DNA of 64,000 nt from Rhodospirillaceae bacterium. Its GTDB lineage: Bacteria; Pseudomonadota; Alphaproteobacteria; UBA6615. The position numbers and the translations under genes were made by a program. Below the pieces are notes generated by a model. The model saw only the letters and a list, made by a program, of their open reading frames with translations. It was not told where the DNA came from and made no database searches. Position 1 is the stretch's first letter; every line of letters begins with the position of its first letter. The stretch is taken from NCBI GenBank assembly GCA_018667335.1, contig JABIVD010000016.1, positions 3,683 to 67,682 of the forward strand, read 5' to 3'. Of the stretch, positions 8,489 through 17,891 are shown in pieces.

Positions 8489-11098
8489 TTATTCGCCCGC
8501 CTCGCGGAACCCGTGTATGCGACTTGGCGGAAAACGAACAGTGACGACCGTCCCGAGATTCGGAGTGCTTTCGAACAGCAGTTGCACCCCTAGCGCATCG
8601 CAAAACATTTGCGACAAGGGCAGTCCCAGGCCGACCCCTTCATGACTTCGGGTTAGCGCGTTTTCAATCTGGCCGAAGGGCTCGAACGCAGTCTTGAGAT
8701 GCTCCTGGTCAATTCCAACACCGGTATCGGCCACGGTAATCTCTACCTCGCCGGTTGGAAGGTAGATGGCGTTGATCGAAACCGAATCCCCCGTGTGCGA
8801 AAATTTGACAGCGTTGGAGAGCAAGTTGATGAAGACCTGCTTGGCGATACGCGAGTCGAGCCAAAGTGTCGGAAGGTTTTCCGCGACGTTGAGGTTCAGC
8901 TCCAACTCGACCGATTTGGCATGCGACTCGAGTAGTTGGCAAACCGATGTGAGCATTTCACGAATGTCCGTTTCCTGCTCGTGCAGGACCAGCGTACCCG
9001 CCTCGATCTGCGAGAGATCGAGAATATCGTTAATGATCCCAAGCAGATGATGTGCGCTTTCGTGTATCGCACGAACGTCACCGACATACTCCGGATTACC
9101 GACGGGGCCACGAATTTCCTCCAGCATCATTTCGGAGAACCCGATAACGGCATTGAGCGGTGTCCGCAGTTCGTGGCTCATATTGGCGAGGAACTCTGAC
9201 TTTGCGAGGTTGGCCAATTCCGCAAATTCCTTCGCTTGGGCGAGGGACTGTTCGTGCCGTTTGGCGTCGGTCACATCAAACAGGACCGTAATGAATCCAT
9301 CTTCGGAAGTTCTCTGGTCCACTATTCGAAGCCAGCGATTGTCGCGGACAGCGACGGTGCGCGCGAGTTTGCTGGCCGTGCTGGGTTTTAGTTCACGCCG
9401 GCGGGAGCACCATTCTTTCTGTTGTTCCGCGGATATGTCGAACAGTCCGGATTTGACCGCCGCTCCAAGAATCTGTTCGAACGGCGTCCCGGGTTCGCAA
9501 ACCTTGCGGTTCTCGGCATGCAGTCGGCGGAAGGCCGTGTTGCAGATGGTCAGCCGGTCGTTTGCGTCGAACATGGCGAACGCCTCGCCGAAGCTCTCCA
9601 TCGCATCCAGAAGTTGTCGCTGGATCGTATCCCGCTGGTTCTCGGCTTCGACATACTCCGACAAATCTTCGACGGTGATCACAAAACTGTCCTGCCCGGT
9701 CGAGACTTCGCGGGTCGTAACGTCGGCTGGAAATGTTGTGCCGTCCAACCGTCTCGCCACGCGCCGCATAGGTTCATCGGCTGCGACCAATTCTTGGGCG
9801 AAGCTCTCGCCAACCGACCGGTCATTGAGGAGGCCCGGGAAGTAATCGGTAACATCCTGGCCGATCATCGCTTTGCGCGATTGTCCGAACATACGCAGGG
9901 CGGCGGCGTTTGCGGAGCGGATTCTCCCGTCGGCGTCGACCGTCAGGATTGCTTCACCGATCGTGTTGAAGACGAGTTGCATGAACCGTGAAGAGGTTCG
10001 CTGTTCGCGTGCGAGGGTGAAGATGCGCTGCCGCTGGCTTTGAAGTTGCTCGGCGGTGCTGGCGAGGAAAACCAGGAACGCCGCGAGCATCCATGGGGCG
10101 GTATCAAGCAGGATGGGTGACAGCGAATATACCGCGAAGGACGCGGCAAATGATCCGGCTACAGCACCACCACACAGCAAAGCGGATTGTGTGATGTTTG
10201 GTCTGCGTCGTGTCAGGCGCCAGAGGCCGAAAACCAGAATGGCAGTGACGATCAGGGTAAACAGACCCGTCGGTCTGACGAGTGCACGGTCTTGGAGCAG
10301 GGACTGCGCTGCGAGCACATGCGTGAGAGTTGCCGGCAAAGCCCTGTAGCGCGACACGGGGACATGGGTGCCCAATTGGCTGGATGTCACGCCGATCACG
10401 ACATGACGACCTCGCACCTTCTCCGGTGCCACCTCGCCGTTCAGAACGTCGATATAGGACAGCATCGGAATCGTGGCCGGATCGAAGCTCAGGTCGATAT
10501 AGAAAAGCGCTGGTTGTGCGTTTGCGCCGGAGGCCAATGCCGTCGAGAACGTCGGCACGAACGACCGACCCGTATCTTCAAATAAGGGCATGCGGCGTAC
10601 TCGCCCGTCTGCGTCGGGTCGCAACACGATGGCGGCGACATTGCTTGAGGTGCGGAACATTTCCAGCGGTTGGCTGAGTAGTTTCGTCGGTGGATGGGAG
10701 GAAAAATTCTGCCGCTGTGTAAACGCGGCCAAAATTGTGTTCTCGCGATAGCGCATGAGAGTCTCGGCCAAGGCCGCGTCGTCGACGGGATCTCCGGCGG
10801 AACTGAGATCGATATCGATCGCGACAAGATCGGCGCCGAGTTGATGTAGTCGTTCGATGACGTCCGCGTGGCGCGCACGCGGCCAGGGCCATGCGCCCAT
10901 CGCGGCGAGACTCTTGGGGTCGATCGTGACCACCACGATATCCGTGTTCACCGCACGCGTCTGGCTGCTGAGGCGCAAATCGATCAGCGGGTTTTCGACA
11001 AATTCGAATCCCCGTCCGAGAAATATGGCGGCGACGATCAGAAAGATGATCGCAGGCACGCCAAATCGACGGAGGAACTGTGCGGCTTCCCCGGTCAA
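8489..11098 (-). CDS. CHASE2-PAS-PAS sensor histidine kinase
   Basis: CHASE2 (IVVVTIDPKSL..GAWPWPR, DADGRVRR), three TMs, PAS regions, H-box [35 protein letters not shown]. Confidence 0.92.
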   Translation of the reverse strand: MTGEAAQFLRRFGVPAIIFLIVAAIFLGRGFEFVENPLIDLRLSSQTRAVNTDIVVVTIDPKSLAAMGAWPWPRARHADVIERLHQLGADLVAIDIDLSSAGDPVDDAALAETLMRYRENTILAAFTQRQNFSSHPPTKLLSQPLEMFRTSSNVAAIVLRPDADGRVRRMPLFEDTGRSFVPTFSTALASGANAQPALFYIDLSFDPATIPMLSYIDVLNGEVAPEKVRGRHVVIGVTSSQLGTHVPVSRYRALPATLTHVLAAQSLLQDRALVRPTGLFTLIVTAILVFGLWRLTRRRPNITQSALLCGGAVAGSFAASFAVYSLSPILLDTAPWMLAAFLVFLASTAEQLQSQRQRIFTLAREQRTSSRFMQLVFNTIGEAILTVDADGRIRSANAAALRMFGQSRKAMIGQDVTDYFPGLLNDRSVGESFAQELVAADEPMRRVARRLDGTTFPADVTTREVSTGQDSFVITVEDLSEYVEAENQRDTIQRQLLDAMESFGEAFAMFDANDRLTICNTAFRRLHAENRKVCEPGTPFEQILGAAVKSGLFDISAEQQKEWCSRRRELKPSTASKLARTVAVRDNRWLRIVDQRTSEDGFITVLFDVTDAKRHEQSLAQAKEFAELANLAKSEFLANMSHELRTPLNAVIGFSEMMLEEIRGPVGNPEYVGDVRAIHESAHHLLGIINDILDLSQIEAGTLVLHEQETDIREMLTSVCQLLESHAKSVELELNLNVAENLPTLWLDSRIAKQVFINLLSNAVKFSHTGDSVSINAIYLPTGEVEITVADTGVGIDQEHLKTAFEPFGQIENALTRSHEGVGLGLPLSQMFCDALGVQLLFESTPNLGTVVTVRFPPSRIHGFREAGE

Positions 11099-11122
11099 CC
11101 GGTCGTGCCCGGGACGGAGGGG

Positions 11123-12307
11123 CTAATTCCCATTTCCGTTCCCGTTCCCGTTTCCATTGCCATTTCCGTTCCCGTTTCCGTTTCCGTTCCCGTTTCCGTT
11201 GCCGTTTCCGTTGCCGTTTCCGTTTCCGTTGCCGTTTCCGTTGCCGTTCCCGTTCCCGTTTCCGTTCCCGTTTGAATTGCCATTGCTCGTGGCATTGGTG
11301 GTCGCGTTGGTGGACTCAAGGGTTGTACTGAATACGCCTGCGGAGCCTGCGCCGCCGGTATCTCCTGTCAGGCTTGGGTTTAATTTGTCCCGCGCGCTGC
11401 CGATCAGCCCGCGGGTCGCTGACGATGCGTTGAGATTTGCGCTGCCAAGTGTTTTTGAGATCACGACCGGCTTGCCACCACCGCGCGCGCCTGCATTCTG
11501 AGGTTTATCGCTTCTCTGGCTGCGCTCCTGGGAATTCTCGCCGCCGCGGCCCGGATTATCTGCCTTGGCTTGGTCGCCTCCCTCTGATGCGCCACGGCCT
11601 TCACCGCGCTGCTCTCCGTCTCCACCCGGCGTGCCTTCGGCGGGTGCGCCGCCGTCTGTCGGGGTCTGGCTTTCAAATTCTCCCGGCGATAATGTCTCCG
11701 TCGAAACGCCGCTGCCGGGCTGGGTTGTGACTCGCGCCGATTGACCCGGACCGACGACCACGGATTGTCCAATACCCAGCGCAGTCACGCCGACGCGGCC
11801 TTCCGCGACATTCACGCGAGACCGCTGGTCGGTTACCGAGACGCTGAAGGAAGTCCCTTTGACGATCGCTGCCAGATAAGGTGTCTGGACTTCAAAATCC
11901 TGCCCGGGCCGTTTGTCTACATCGAAGAAGGCCTTGCCCAGCAGCACCCGAATGCGGGTGATGATTGAATTTGCCGGATGCGGGGGCACCGCCACCCGTC
12001 ATGCCGGCATTATTCGAATGATATCTTCGCCGCGTGAGAGCCTTGCGAGGCCGTTTGGGCCCGTCTCGATCTCGCTGGCCCGGACGATCTGCGCCCCTTG
12101 TTCCAGGGTTTGCCACGCCGTTTCAGTTTGGCCCTGGCTGGCGGGGCGGACTAGAACCTCACCGGAGATCTGAACGACGATCCATGCTGGAGATACGGTG
12201 GATTGTTGCGCGGCGGCGGGAGCGGAGACAGCCAAAGCTGCCAACAGGCAAAGCCCGCCCACCAACAGGAAAGCGGCTTTTACCTTCAATCGCCGGATTG
12301 CGCTCAT
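11123..12307 (-). pseudogene. Secreted FecR-domain protein with a C-terminal Gly-Asn repeat, interrupted by an in-frame TGA at 11999-12001
   Basis: ORFs 11999-12382 and 11123-11995 are in the same frame, separated only by the TGA and one CGG codon. Signal peptide (..SAPAAA-QQ) and FecR motifs IETGPNG and FEVQTPYLAAIVKGTSFSV lie on either side of the stop. Start uncertain. Confidence 0.75.
11126..11287 (-). repeat. Hexamer repeat encoding (Gly-Asn)24 preceded by SNGNSN
   Basis: GGN-AAY units with mixed synonymous codons. Confidence 0.95.
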
Positions 12308-12452
12308 TGAAAGCGCCTTGCCAAGGTTTAATCCGGTAAGACCCACGGGCATGGTGTTGGGCTCGTTCAAGCCTACCTCCAAGCAGCAAGTGTGAGTTGT
12401 TTCCGTCTCGCCTGGAACGAATTATCGTAGCTTTCTGCATGAAGTAAACGCG

Positions 12453-12471
12453 GTAATATCGTGTTAACCAT
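12453..12471 (+). promoter_or_regulatory. CtrA-like binding site (GTAA-N7-TTAACCAT) in the divergent intergenic region
   Basis: Sequence gtaa tatcgtg ttaaccat is one mismatch from TTAA-N7-TTAAC. Confidence 0.45.
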
Positions 12472-12494
12472 AGATAATTGGCGGCGAACAGAAA

Positions 12495-13439
12495 ATGAAC
12501 AATAAAAACAATGATATATCGACAGTCGGCGTCATCGGCGCGGGCACGATCGGCTCGTCCTGGGCCGCATACTTCCTTGCCCATGGGCTCAAGGTCCGCT
12601 GCTGGGATCCGCTCGACGGATATGCGGAGAACGTGAACGCACTCGTCGCGCGCGCCTGGCCGATCATGACCGAACTGGGCCTGGCCGACGGTGCGTCGCT
12701 GGACAATCTCACCTGTTATGACCGGATCACCGAGGCACTGGACGGGGTTCAGTTTGTTCAGGAAAGCGGCCCGGAAGACGCCGAGATCAAGGCGCTGCTC
12801 ATGGCGGAGATCGACCGGGACATTCCCGAAGATGTTGTGATTTCGTCGAGTTCGACGGCATTGCCCGTGTCGGAGTATCAACACCTGGCGGCCCATCCGG
12901 GCCGCATTGTGCTCGGTCATCCGTTCAACCCGCCCCATCTGATGCCCGTGGTCGAAGTCGGCGGTGGCAAGCTGACCGAAACCTGGGCCGTCGATCAGGC
13001 AATGGCGTTCTATGACGCGATCGGCAAAACGCCGATCCGCCTGCGCGCAGAGATTCCGGGTCACCTGGTGAACCGGTTGCAGGCCGCGCTCTACCGCGAG
13101 GCGGTCTATCTGGTCGCGGAGGGTTATGCCTCGGTCGAGGATATCGACAAGGCGATCACCGGTGGCCCCGGTTTGCGCTGGGCGTTCATGGGCCCACACA
13201 TGACCTATCATCTGGGCGGCGGCGACGGCGGTATCCGGCGCTATCTCGAAAACCTCGGACCCAGCCAGGAGCGCCGCTGGGAGGCGTTGGGTGACCCCCA
13301 GCTCACCGACGAGGTGAAACAGAAGATTATCGACGGGGTCGATGCCGAGGCGCACGGCCGCACGATTGGTGAATTGACCACGGACCGAGACGCGACGCTG
13401 TTGAAGCTTCTAAAGGCCCTCGGCAGCGGTAAAGACTAG
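12495..13439 (+). CDS. 3-hydroxyacyl-CoA dehydrogenase family protein (L-carnitine dehydrogenase-like)
   Basis: GVIGAGTIG, VQESGPE, SSSST, GHPFNPPHL, GPGLRWA. Confidence 0.88.
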   Translation: MNNKNNDISTVGVIGAGTIGSSWAAYFLAHGLKVRCWDPLDGYAENVNALVARAWPIMTELGLADGASLDNLTCYDRITEALDGVQFVQESGPEDAEIKALLMAEIDRDIPEDVVISSSSTALPVSEYQHLAAHPGRIVLGHPFNPPHLMPVVEVGGGKLTETWAVDQAMAFYDAIGKTPIRLRAEIPGHLVNRLQAALYREAVYLVAEGYASVEDIDKAITGGPGLRWAFMGPHMTYHLGGGDGGIRRYLENLGPSQERRWEALGDPQLTDEVKQKIIDGVDAEAHGRTIGELTTDRDATLLKLLKALGSGKD

Positions 13440-13489
13440 AATCTGCGGGGCCGCTGCGGTCAGTGCGCAGCTGGTTTTCCGAAATTTGA

Positions 13490-14668
13490 TTGTCCAGGGA
13501 GAGTTCCGTGTCCCCATCCAAGCCTTCATCCACGTCGTTGTTTTCGCCGCTCGACATTCGTGGCATCCGGTTTCGAAACCGGATCGTGATTTCGCCGATG
13601 TGTACCTATTCGGCGACCGATGGACTGGCGAGCGACTGGCATCTCGTGCATCTGGGAAAGTTCGCGCTTGGTGGCGCGGCGGCCGTGTTCACCGAGGCGG
13701 CGGCGGTCGAGCCGCGCGGCCGGATCACTCATGGTGATCTGGGCATCTGGTCGGCCGAACATGCGGCAGCCCTGAAGCCGGTCACTTCGTTTCTGCGCCA
13801 GAACGGCGCGCTGCCGGGGGTTCAGATCGCACATGCCGGACGCAAGGCGAGCATGCAGCGACCGTGGCATGGCAACGGGCCGATGGATGATACCGACAAG
13901 GATCGTGGTGAAAACGCATGGGATGTCGTCGCCGCCAGCGCCGAACCGGTGAAGGATGGCTGGCTGATGCCCGCCGAGCTTTCGATGCCGGAGATCCTGG
14001 ACATTCAGGCAAACTTCGCCACCGCGGTCGGGCACGCGGCCGATGCCGGATTCGAGGTGCTGGAAATCCATTCGGCCCATGGCTATCTCGCGCACTCATT
14101 CCTCTCGCCGCTCTCGAACCATCGCACCGATGCGTATGGCGGTGATCTGGCCGGGCGGATGCGCTTCACGCTGGAGACGGCAGAAAAAGTCCGCGCGGTC
14201 TGGCCCGACGACAAACCGTTGTTCGTGCGCATCTCTGCCGTCGATGCGGATGGTGGCGGCGAGGGCTGGCAACTTGATGATTCCGTCGCCCTGGCAGGCG
14301 AGCTCAAGGCGCGCGGCGTCGATGTTGTCGATTGCTCGTCAGGTGGTATCGCCGGTCTCGCGACCGCGGCACTCGGGCCGCGCGATCAGGGCTTCCGGGG
14401 ACCCTATGGTTCGCGGATCCGCGACGAAGCCGGAATTTCGACCATGGTCGTCGGGCTGGTGCTGGATGCGCATGTTGCGGAAGACCTGGTCGCGTCGGGT
14501 GCTGCCGATCTCGTCGCTGTCGGCCGCGAGGTTCTCTACAATCCCCATTGGCCGCACCACATGGCGCATGCGCTCGGGGCGGATCCGGAATTTGCGGAAT
14601 GGCCCGAACAGTATGGCTGGTGGCTGGTTCGGCGCGAGCCACTGTTGCAGGCCATTCGCGATGACTGA
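13490..14668 (+). CDS. NADH:flavin oxidoreductase (Old Yellow Enzyme, YqjM/XenA type)
   Basis: NRIVISPMCTYS, QIAHAGRKAS, EIHSAHGYL, FLSPLSNHRTDAYGG. Confidence 0.92.
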   Translation: MSRESSVSPSKPSSTSLFSPLDIRGIRFRNRIVISPMCTYSATDGLASDWHLVHLGKFALGGAAAVFTEAAAVEPRGRITHGDLGIWSAEHAAALKPVTSFLRQNGALPGVQIAHAGRKASMQRPWHGNGPMDDTDKDRGENAWDVVAASAEPVKDGWLMPAELSMPEILDIQANFATAVGHAADAGFEVLEIHSAHGYLAHSFLSPLSNHRTDAYGGDLAGRMRFTLETAEKVRAVWPDDKPLFVRISAVDADGGGEGWQLDDSVALAGELKARGVDVVDCSSGGIAGLATAALGPRDQGFRGPYGSRIRDEAGISTMVVGLVLDAHVAEDLVASGAADLVAVGREVLYNPHWPHHMAHALGADPEFAEWPEQYGWWLVRREPLLQAIRDD

Positions 14669-14682
14669 TCAATCCCGCTGAC

Positions 14683-15471
14683 ATGCCGGAGCCCCGCTAC
14701 CAGAACCAGTCGGCGGAACGCAGTTTCGCGATCCTCGAATGTGTGGGTGCGGCGGAAAACCCGGTCCCGCTGGCCGTCGTTGCGCGCGAAACCGGCCTCA
14801 ACCGGGCGACCGTCTTTCGCATGCTCGCCGTGCTGACCCGCATGGGCTGGATCTACAAGAACCAGGCCGACAGCACCTATGCTCTCGGTCACAAGGCATT
14901 TGTGTTGGGGCGCCGAAAAAACCAGCTCGAGACCGTCATCCATCATGCGCGGCCCTTTGTTCGCCTTTTGGCCGGGGATCTGGGTGAAACTGTGCATCTG
15001 GCGGCGCTCGAGGGCCGGCAGATGGTGTATTGCGATAAAACCGAGCCACCGGAGGGGCATCCCGTCTCAACCGCGATTGGCATGCGCTTCGACGCGCATG
15101 CTACGGGCGTCGGCAAGGCGGTATTGGCCTGGCTGGAGGCTGACGAAATGCGCCAGATTTATTGCCAGCACCCGCCGCATGCCCACACCGCCCGGACGAT
15201 TACCAATGTCGATGCCTTGTTGCGTGAGCTGTCTGCCATCCGGGTGCAGGGATATGCCGTGGATGAAGGCGAGTTGATCCCGGGACTCACTTGTGTTGCC
15301 GCACCGATCATGAACTCGATCGGCCGTGCGATTGTGGCGCTGTCTGTGTCGGGTCCCGCATCCCGGTTTGATCCGGCGCGCGTCACGCTTCTGGCCGGCC
15401 GGCTGACCGCGACAGCGGCGGAAATATCCGACTATATTGTCGACCATGATTCGCGATCCGACAGCAGTTGA
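14683..15471 (+). CDS. IclR family transcriptional regulator
   Basis: N-terminal HTH (GLNRATVFRML), GETVHL, HATGVGKAVLA, CVAAPI. Confidence 0.92.
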   Translation: MPEPRYQNQSAERSFAILECVGAAENPVPLAVVARETGLNRATVFRMLAVLTRMGWIYKNQADSTYALGHKAFVLGRRKNQLETVIHHARPFVRLLAGDLGETVHLAALEGRQMVYCDKTEPPEGHPVSTAIGMRFDAHATGVGKAVLAWLEADEMRQIYCQHPPHAHTARTITNVDALLRELSAIRVQGYAVDEGELIPGLTCVAAPIMNSIGRAIVALSVSGPASRFDPARVTLLAGRLTATAAEISDYIVDHDSRSDSS

Positions 15472-15519
15472 GCGCGACATCCGCGCCGTAACGAAGAACT
15501 CATTTCCCCGGGGAACAGC

Positions 15520-16578
15520 ATGTCAGCACCAATCAAATTCTACTTCGATTTTGTATCCGCCTATTCGTATATCGCGATGAACCGGATCGATGCGCTCGGG
15601 GAGCGCTGGGGTCGGGAGGTCGAATGGAATTGCGTGCCGTTGCCGGAAATTTTGAGCCATCACGAGGCGACCTCACCGCGCGATCAACCGGCCAAGTTTG
15701 CGCACAACTCCAAGGACTTCCCGCGCCTGTGCGAGATGAATGATCTGCCGGTTTCCTTTCCGCCTGAGGTGCCGCCTTATGGTGCGACGCTCCATCGCCT
15801 GGTGTTCTGGCGCCTGCAGCGCAAGGACCCGGCCCTGGCCAAGACATTCGCGCGCGCCGTTGACCATCGCTATTTCGGCACGGGCAAAGAGGTGCGCACC
15901 GCGCAGCAACTCGCGAGCGCCTGCAAGGCGCGCGGTGTGGCGGTGTCCCTGAAGGAGATCCGGGCCGCCGCCGATGACAAACGTGCCCGGAAAGCTTTGC
16001 GCGATGCCTATGGCCGGGCGCTGGCCGACGGCATGTTTGGCGCGCCCTTCATGGTTCTGGATGGCGAGACCTTCTGGGGTGCCGACCGGCTCGATCATGT
16101 GGAGTATCGGCTTGAGCAGGCGATCAAGATCCCGCGGGGGTTCGAGCCATTCGACTTCACCAGCCCGTTCACGACGCGCAATGGCCCGCTGTTCGTGAAG
16201 CTCGGCAAGACGAAGGCCGTGTTCGGGTTTCGCGCCGACCACCGGCATCTCAACCCGCGCGATGTCGTGCATGGAGGCTGGATGACCAGCTTCGTCGATG
16301 TCGCGATGGCGCAGGCGGCGATGTACGAGATGGGTGTGGTCGGGCTGACGCCGACGATCCACCTGGAGGCGGATTTCCTCGCGCCGATATATCCGGGTCA
16401 GTGGGTCACATGCGATGCGCGGCTGGCGCGGAGCACGCGCACCATGAATTTCGTCGAGGGGACGGTCGTTGCCGACGGCGAGCCCGTGCTGCGCTGCTCG
16501 GCGATTTATCGCAAGCCGCGCGTCGTCAAAAAAAGGATCGGCAAGATCATGTCGCCGACCGCCGAGGTGTATGGCTGA
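15520..16578 (+). CDS. Fusion of a DsbA/GST-kappa (HCCA isomerase-like) domain and a PaaI hotdog thioesterase domain
   Basis: FYFDFVSAYSY and GMFGAPFMVLDGETFWGADRL, followed by HLNPRDVVHGGWMTSFVD. Confidence 0.85.
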   Translation: MSAPIKFYFDFVSAYSYIAMNRIDALGERWGREVEWNCVPLPEILSHHEATSPRDQPAKFAHNSKDFPRLCEMNDLPVSFPPEVPPYGATLHRLVFWRLQRKDPALAKTFARAVDHRYFGTGKEVRTAQQLASACKARGVAVSLKEIRAAADDKRARKALRDAYGRALADGMFGAPFMVLDGETFWGADRLDHVEYRLEQAIKIPRGFEPFDFTSPFTTRNGPLFVKLGKTKAVFGFRADHRHLNPRDVVHGGWMTSFVDVAMAQAAMYEMGVVGLTPTIHLEADFLAPIYPGQWVTCDARLARSTRTMNFVEGTVVADGEPVLRCSAIYRKPRVVKKRIGKIMSPTAEVYG

Positions 16579-16589
16579 TCGGTCAGGCT

Positions 16590-17855
16590 TTACCGGTCAG
16601 GCGTAGAGTCGACGAAAGCCTGGAAGATGTCGTCGAACTTCTGGTGGGTGTCGGCGAAGGCTTCGATGAGTGTCGGATCGAAATGTCCGGCGGAATCGAT
16701 GCGTTCATCGCCCAGCAGAATTATGTCGCGCGCCCTCACATGGTCCAGAGCCGGCTTGTAGGATCGTTCCGAGCGCAGTGCATCGTAGATGTCGGCCATT
16801 TGGACGATCCGGGCGGAGAGCGGAATTTCATCTTCGCGCTTGCCCGACGGGTAGCCGGTGCCGTCCCATTTTTCATGATGGTTGAGCGCGATGTCGGCGG
16901 CCATGCCCAGCCGCGGTGAACGGCTCAGGATACGTTGGCCGTACACCGTGTGGTTGTCCATTTCGCGCCGCTCGTCCACGGTCAGCGGGCCGGTCTTTCG
17001 CAAGACCGAGGGCGCAACGCCCATTTTACCGACATCATGGAGTTGGGCTGAGTAGCGCAGTTCCCGACAATAGTCGGCCTCCCGGCCAAGCGTGCCGGCA
17101 AGGAAGTGGCTGTATTCATTGACCCGGAAGACATGGTTGCCACTGCCCTCGTCATAAATTTCCGCGGCCCGTGCCAGGAGTGATACCGCCATTCGGAACG
17201 CCTCGTCCCCGTCGTCGTCCAGGCGCGCCAACTCCTCTGCCTGGTCGCGCAGTCGCTCGTTTCGCTCCTGCTTGTCGGTGTCGATATTGCCGATCTGTTC
17301 GAGGATGTCGGCGCGCTCAAGCGCGGCGCCGACCAGATGGTTGAACCGTGACAGCAATCCCAGATGTTCGTCGGCAAACCGGCGGCCGGCGCCGGCGTCG
17401 TTGGCAAGGGTGACGACACCCACGATTTCACCGGCATGATTGGACAGGGCAAAGGCAATCAGGGCGCCGGCGGTAACGCCGTGACAGGTGTCGATAATCG
17501 GGTCGAACGGAATGCCGATTGCCTCGATTCCCGCATCGTTGAACTTCAGGGTTTCGCCGGTCCGTGCGACCTGGGTAACGATCGCCGGATGCTCCAGGGG
17601 AATCGCTTCGCCGCGGGGCGTGGTATCGGGCTGGGCTGCTGCGCATTCCAGCAACTGTGCGCCTTCTTCATGGCGCATAAGATAAAGGGCGCCCGCATCC
17701 GCGCCCATAAGCTCGCGGGCCTGACGCAGCGCCTTGCCCGCCAGTTCGCGCGCGGACTGACCAGGATGATGATCAAGCAGTTCGCTGAATGTGAGCCGGT
17801 TGGTCATCGGGTATTGCCTGCCAGAATCCTTAACGTTGGTTTGTTGGGCCGACAC
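16590..17855 (-). CDS. GAF + HD-GYP phosphodiesterase
   Basis: GAF-like N-terminus; LHDVGK, HHEKWDGTGYP, ARIV..ADIYDAL.SERSYK. Start uncertain. Confidence 0.9.
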   Translation of the reverse strand: MSAQQTNVKDSGRQYPMTNRLTFSELLDHHPGQSARELAGKALRQARELMGADAGALYLMRHEEGAQLLECAAAQPDTTPRGEAIPLEHPAIVTQVARTGETLKFNDAGIEAIGIPFDPIIDTCHGVTAGALIAFALSNHAGEIVGVVTLANDAGAGRRFADEHLGLLSRFNHLVGAALERADILEQIGNIDTDKQERNERLRDQAEELARLDDDGDEAFRMAVSLLARAAEIYDEGSGNHVFRVNEYSHFLAGTLGREADYCRELRYSAQLHDVGKMGVAPSVLRKTGPLTVDERREMDNHTVYGQRILSRSPRLGMAADIALNHHEKWDGTGYPSGKREDEIPLSARIVQMADIYDALRSERSYKPALDHVRARDIILLGDERIDSAGHFDPTLIEAFADTHQKFDDIFQAFVDSTPDR

Positions 17856-17891
17856 GGTAGACAGGTCTGCATGAACACAAGGTTACCGCAT

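Noticed and set aside
10868..11501. Alternative-frame ORFs with VS/VP, FR, FP or TE/TA repeats
   Set aside because: Other readings of the hexamer repeat; base variation is synonymous in the Gly-Asn frame.
12159..13355. 398-aa minus-strand ORF
   Set aside because: Antisense to the well-supported dehydrogenase gene.
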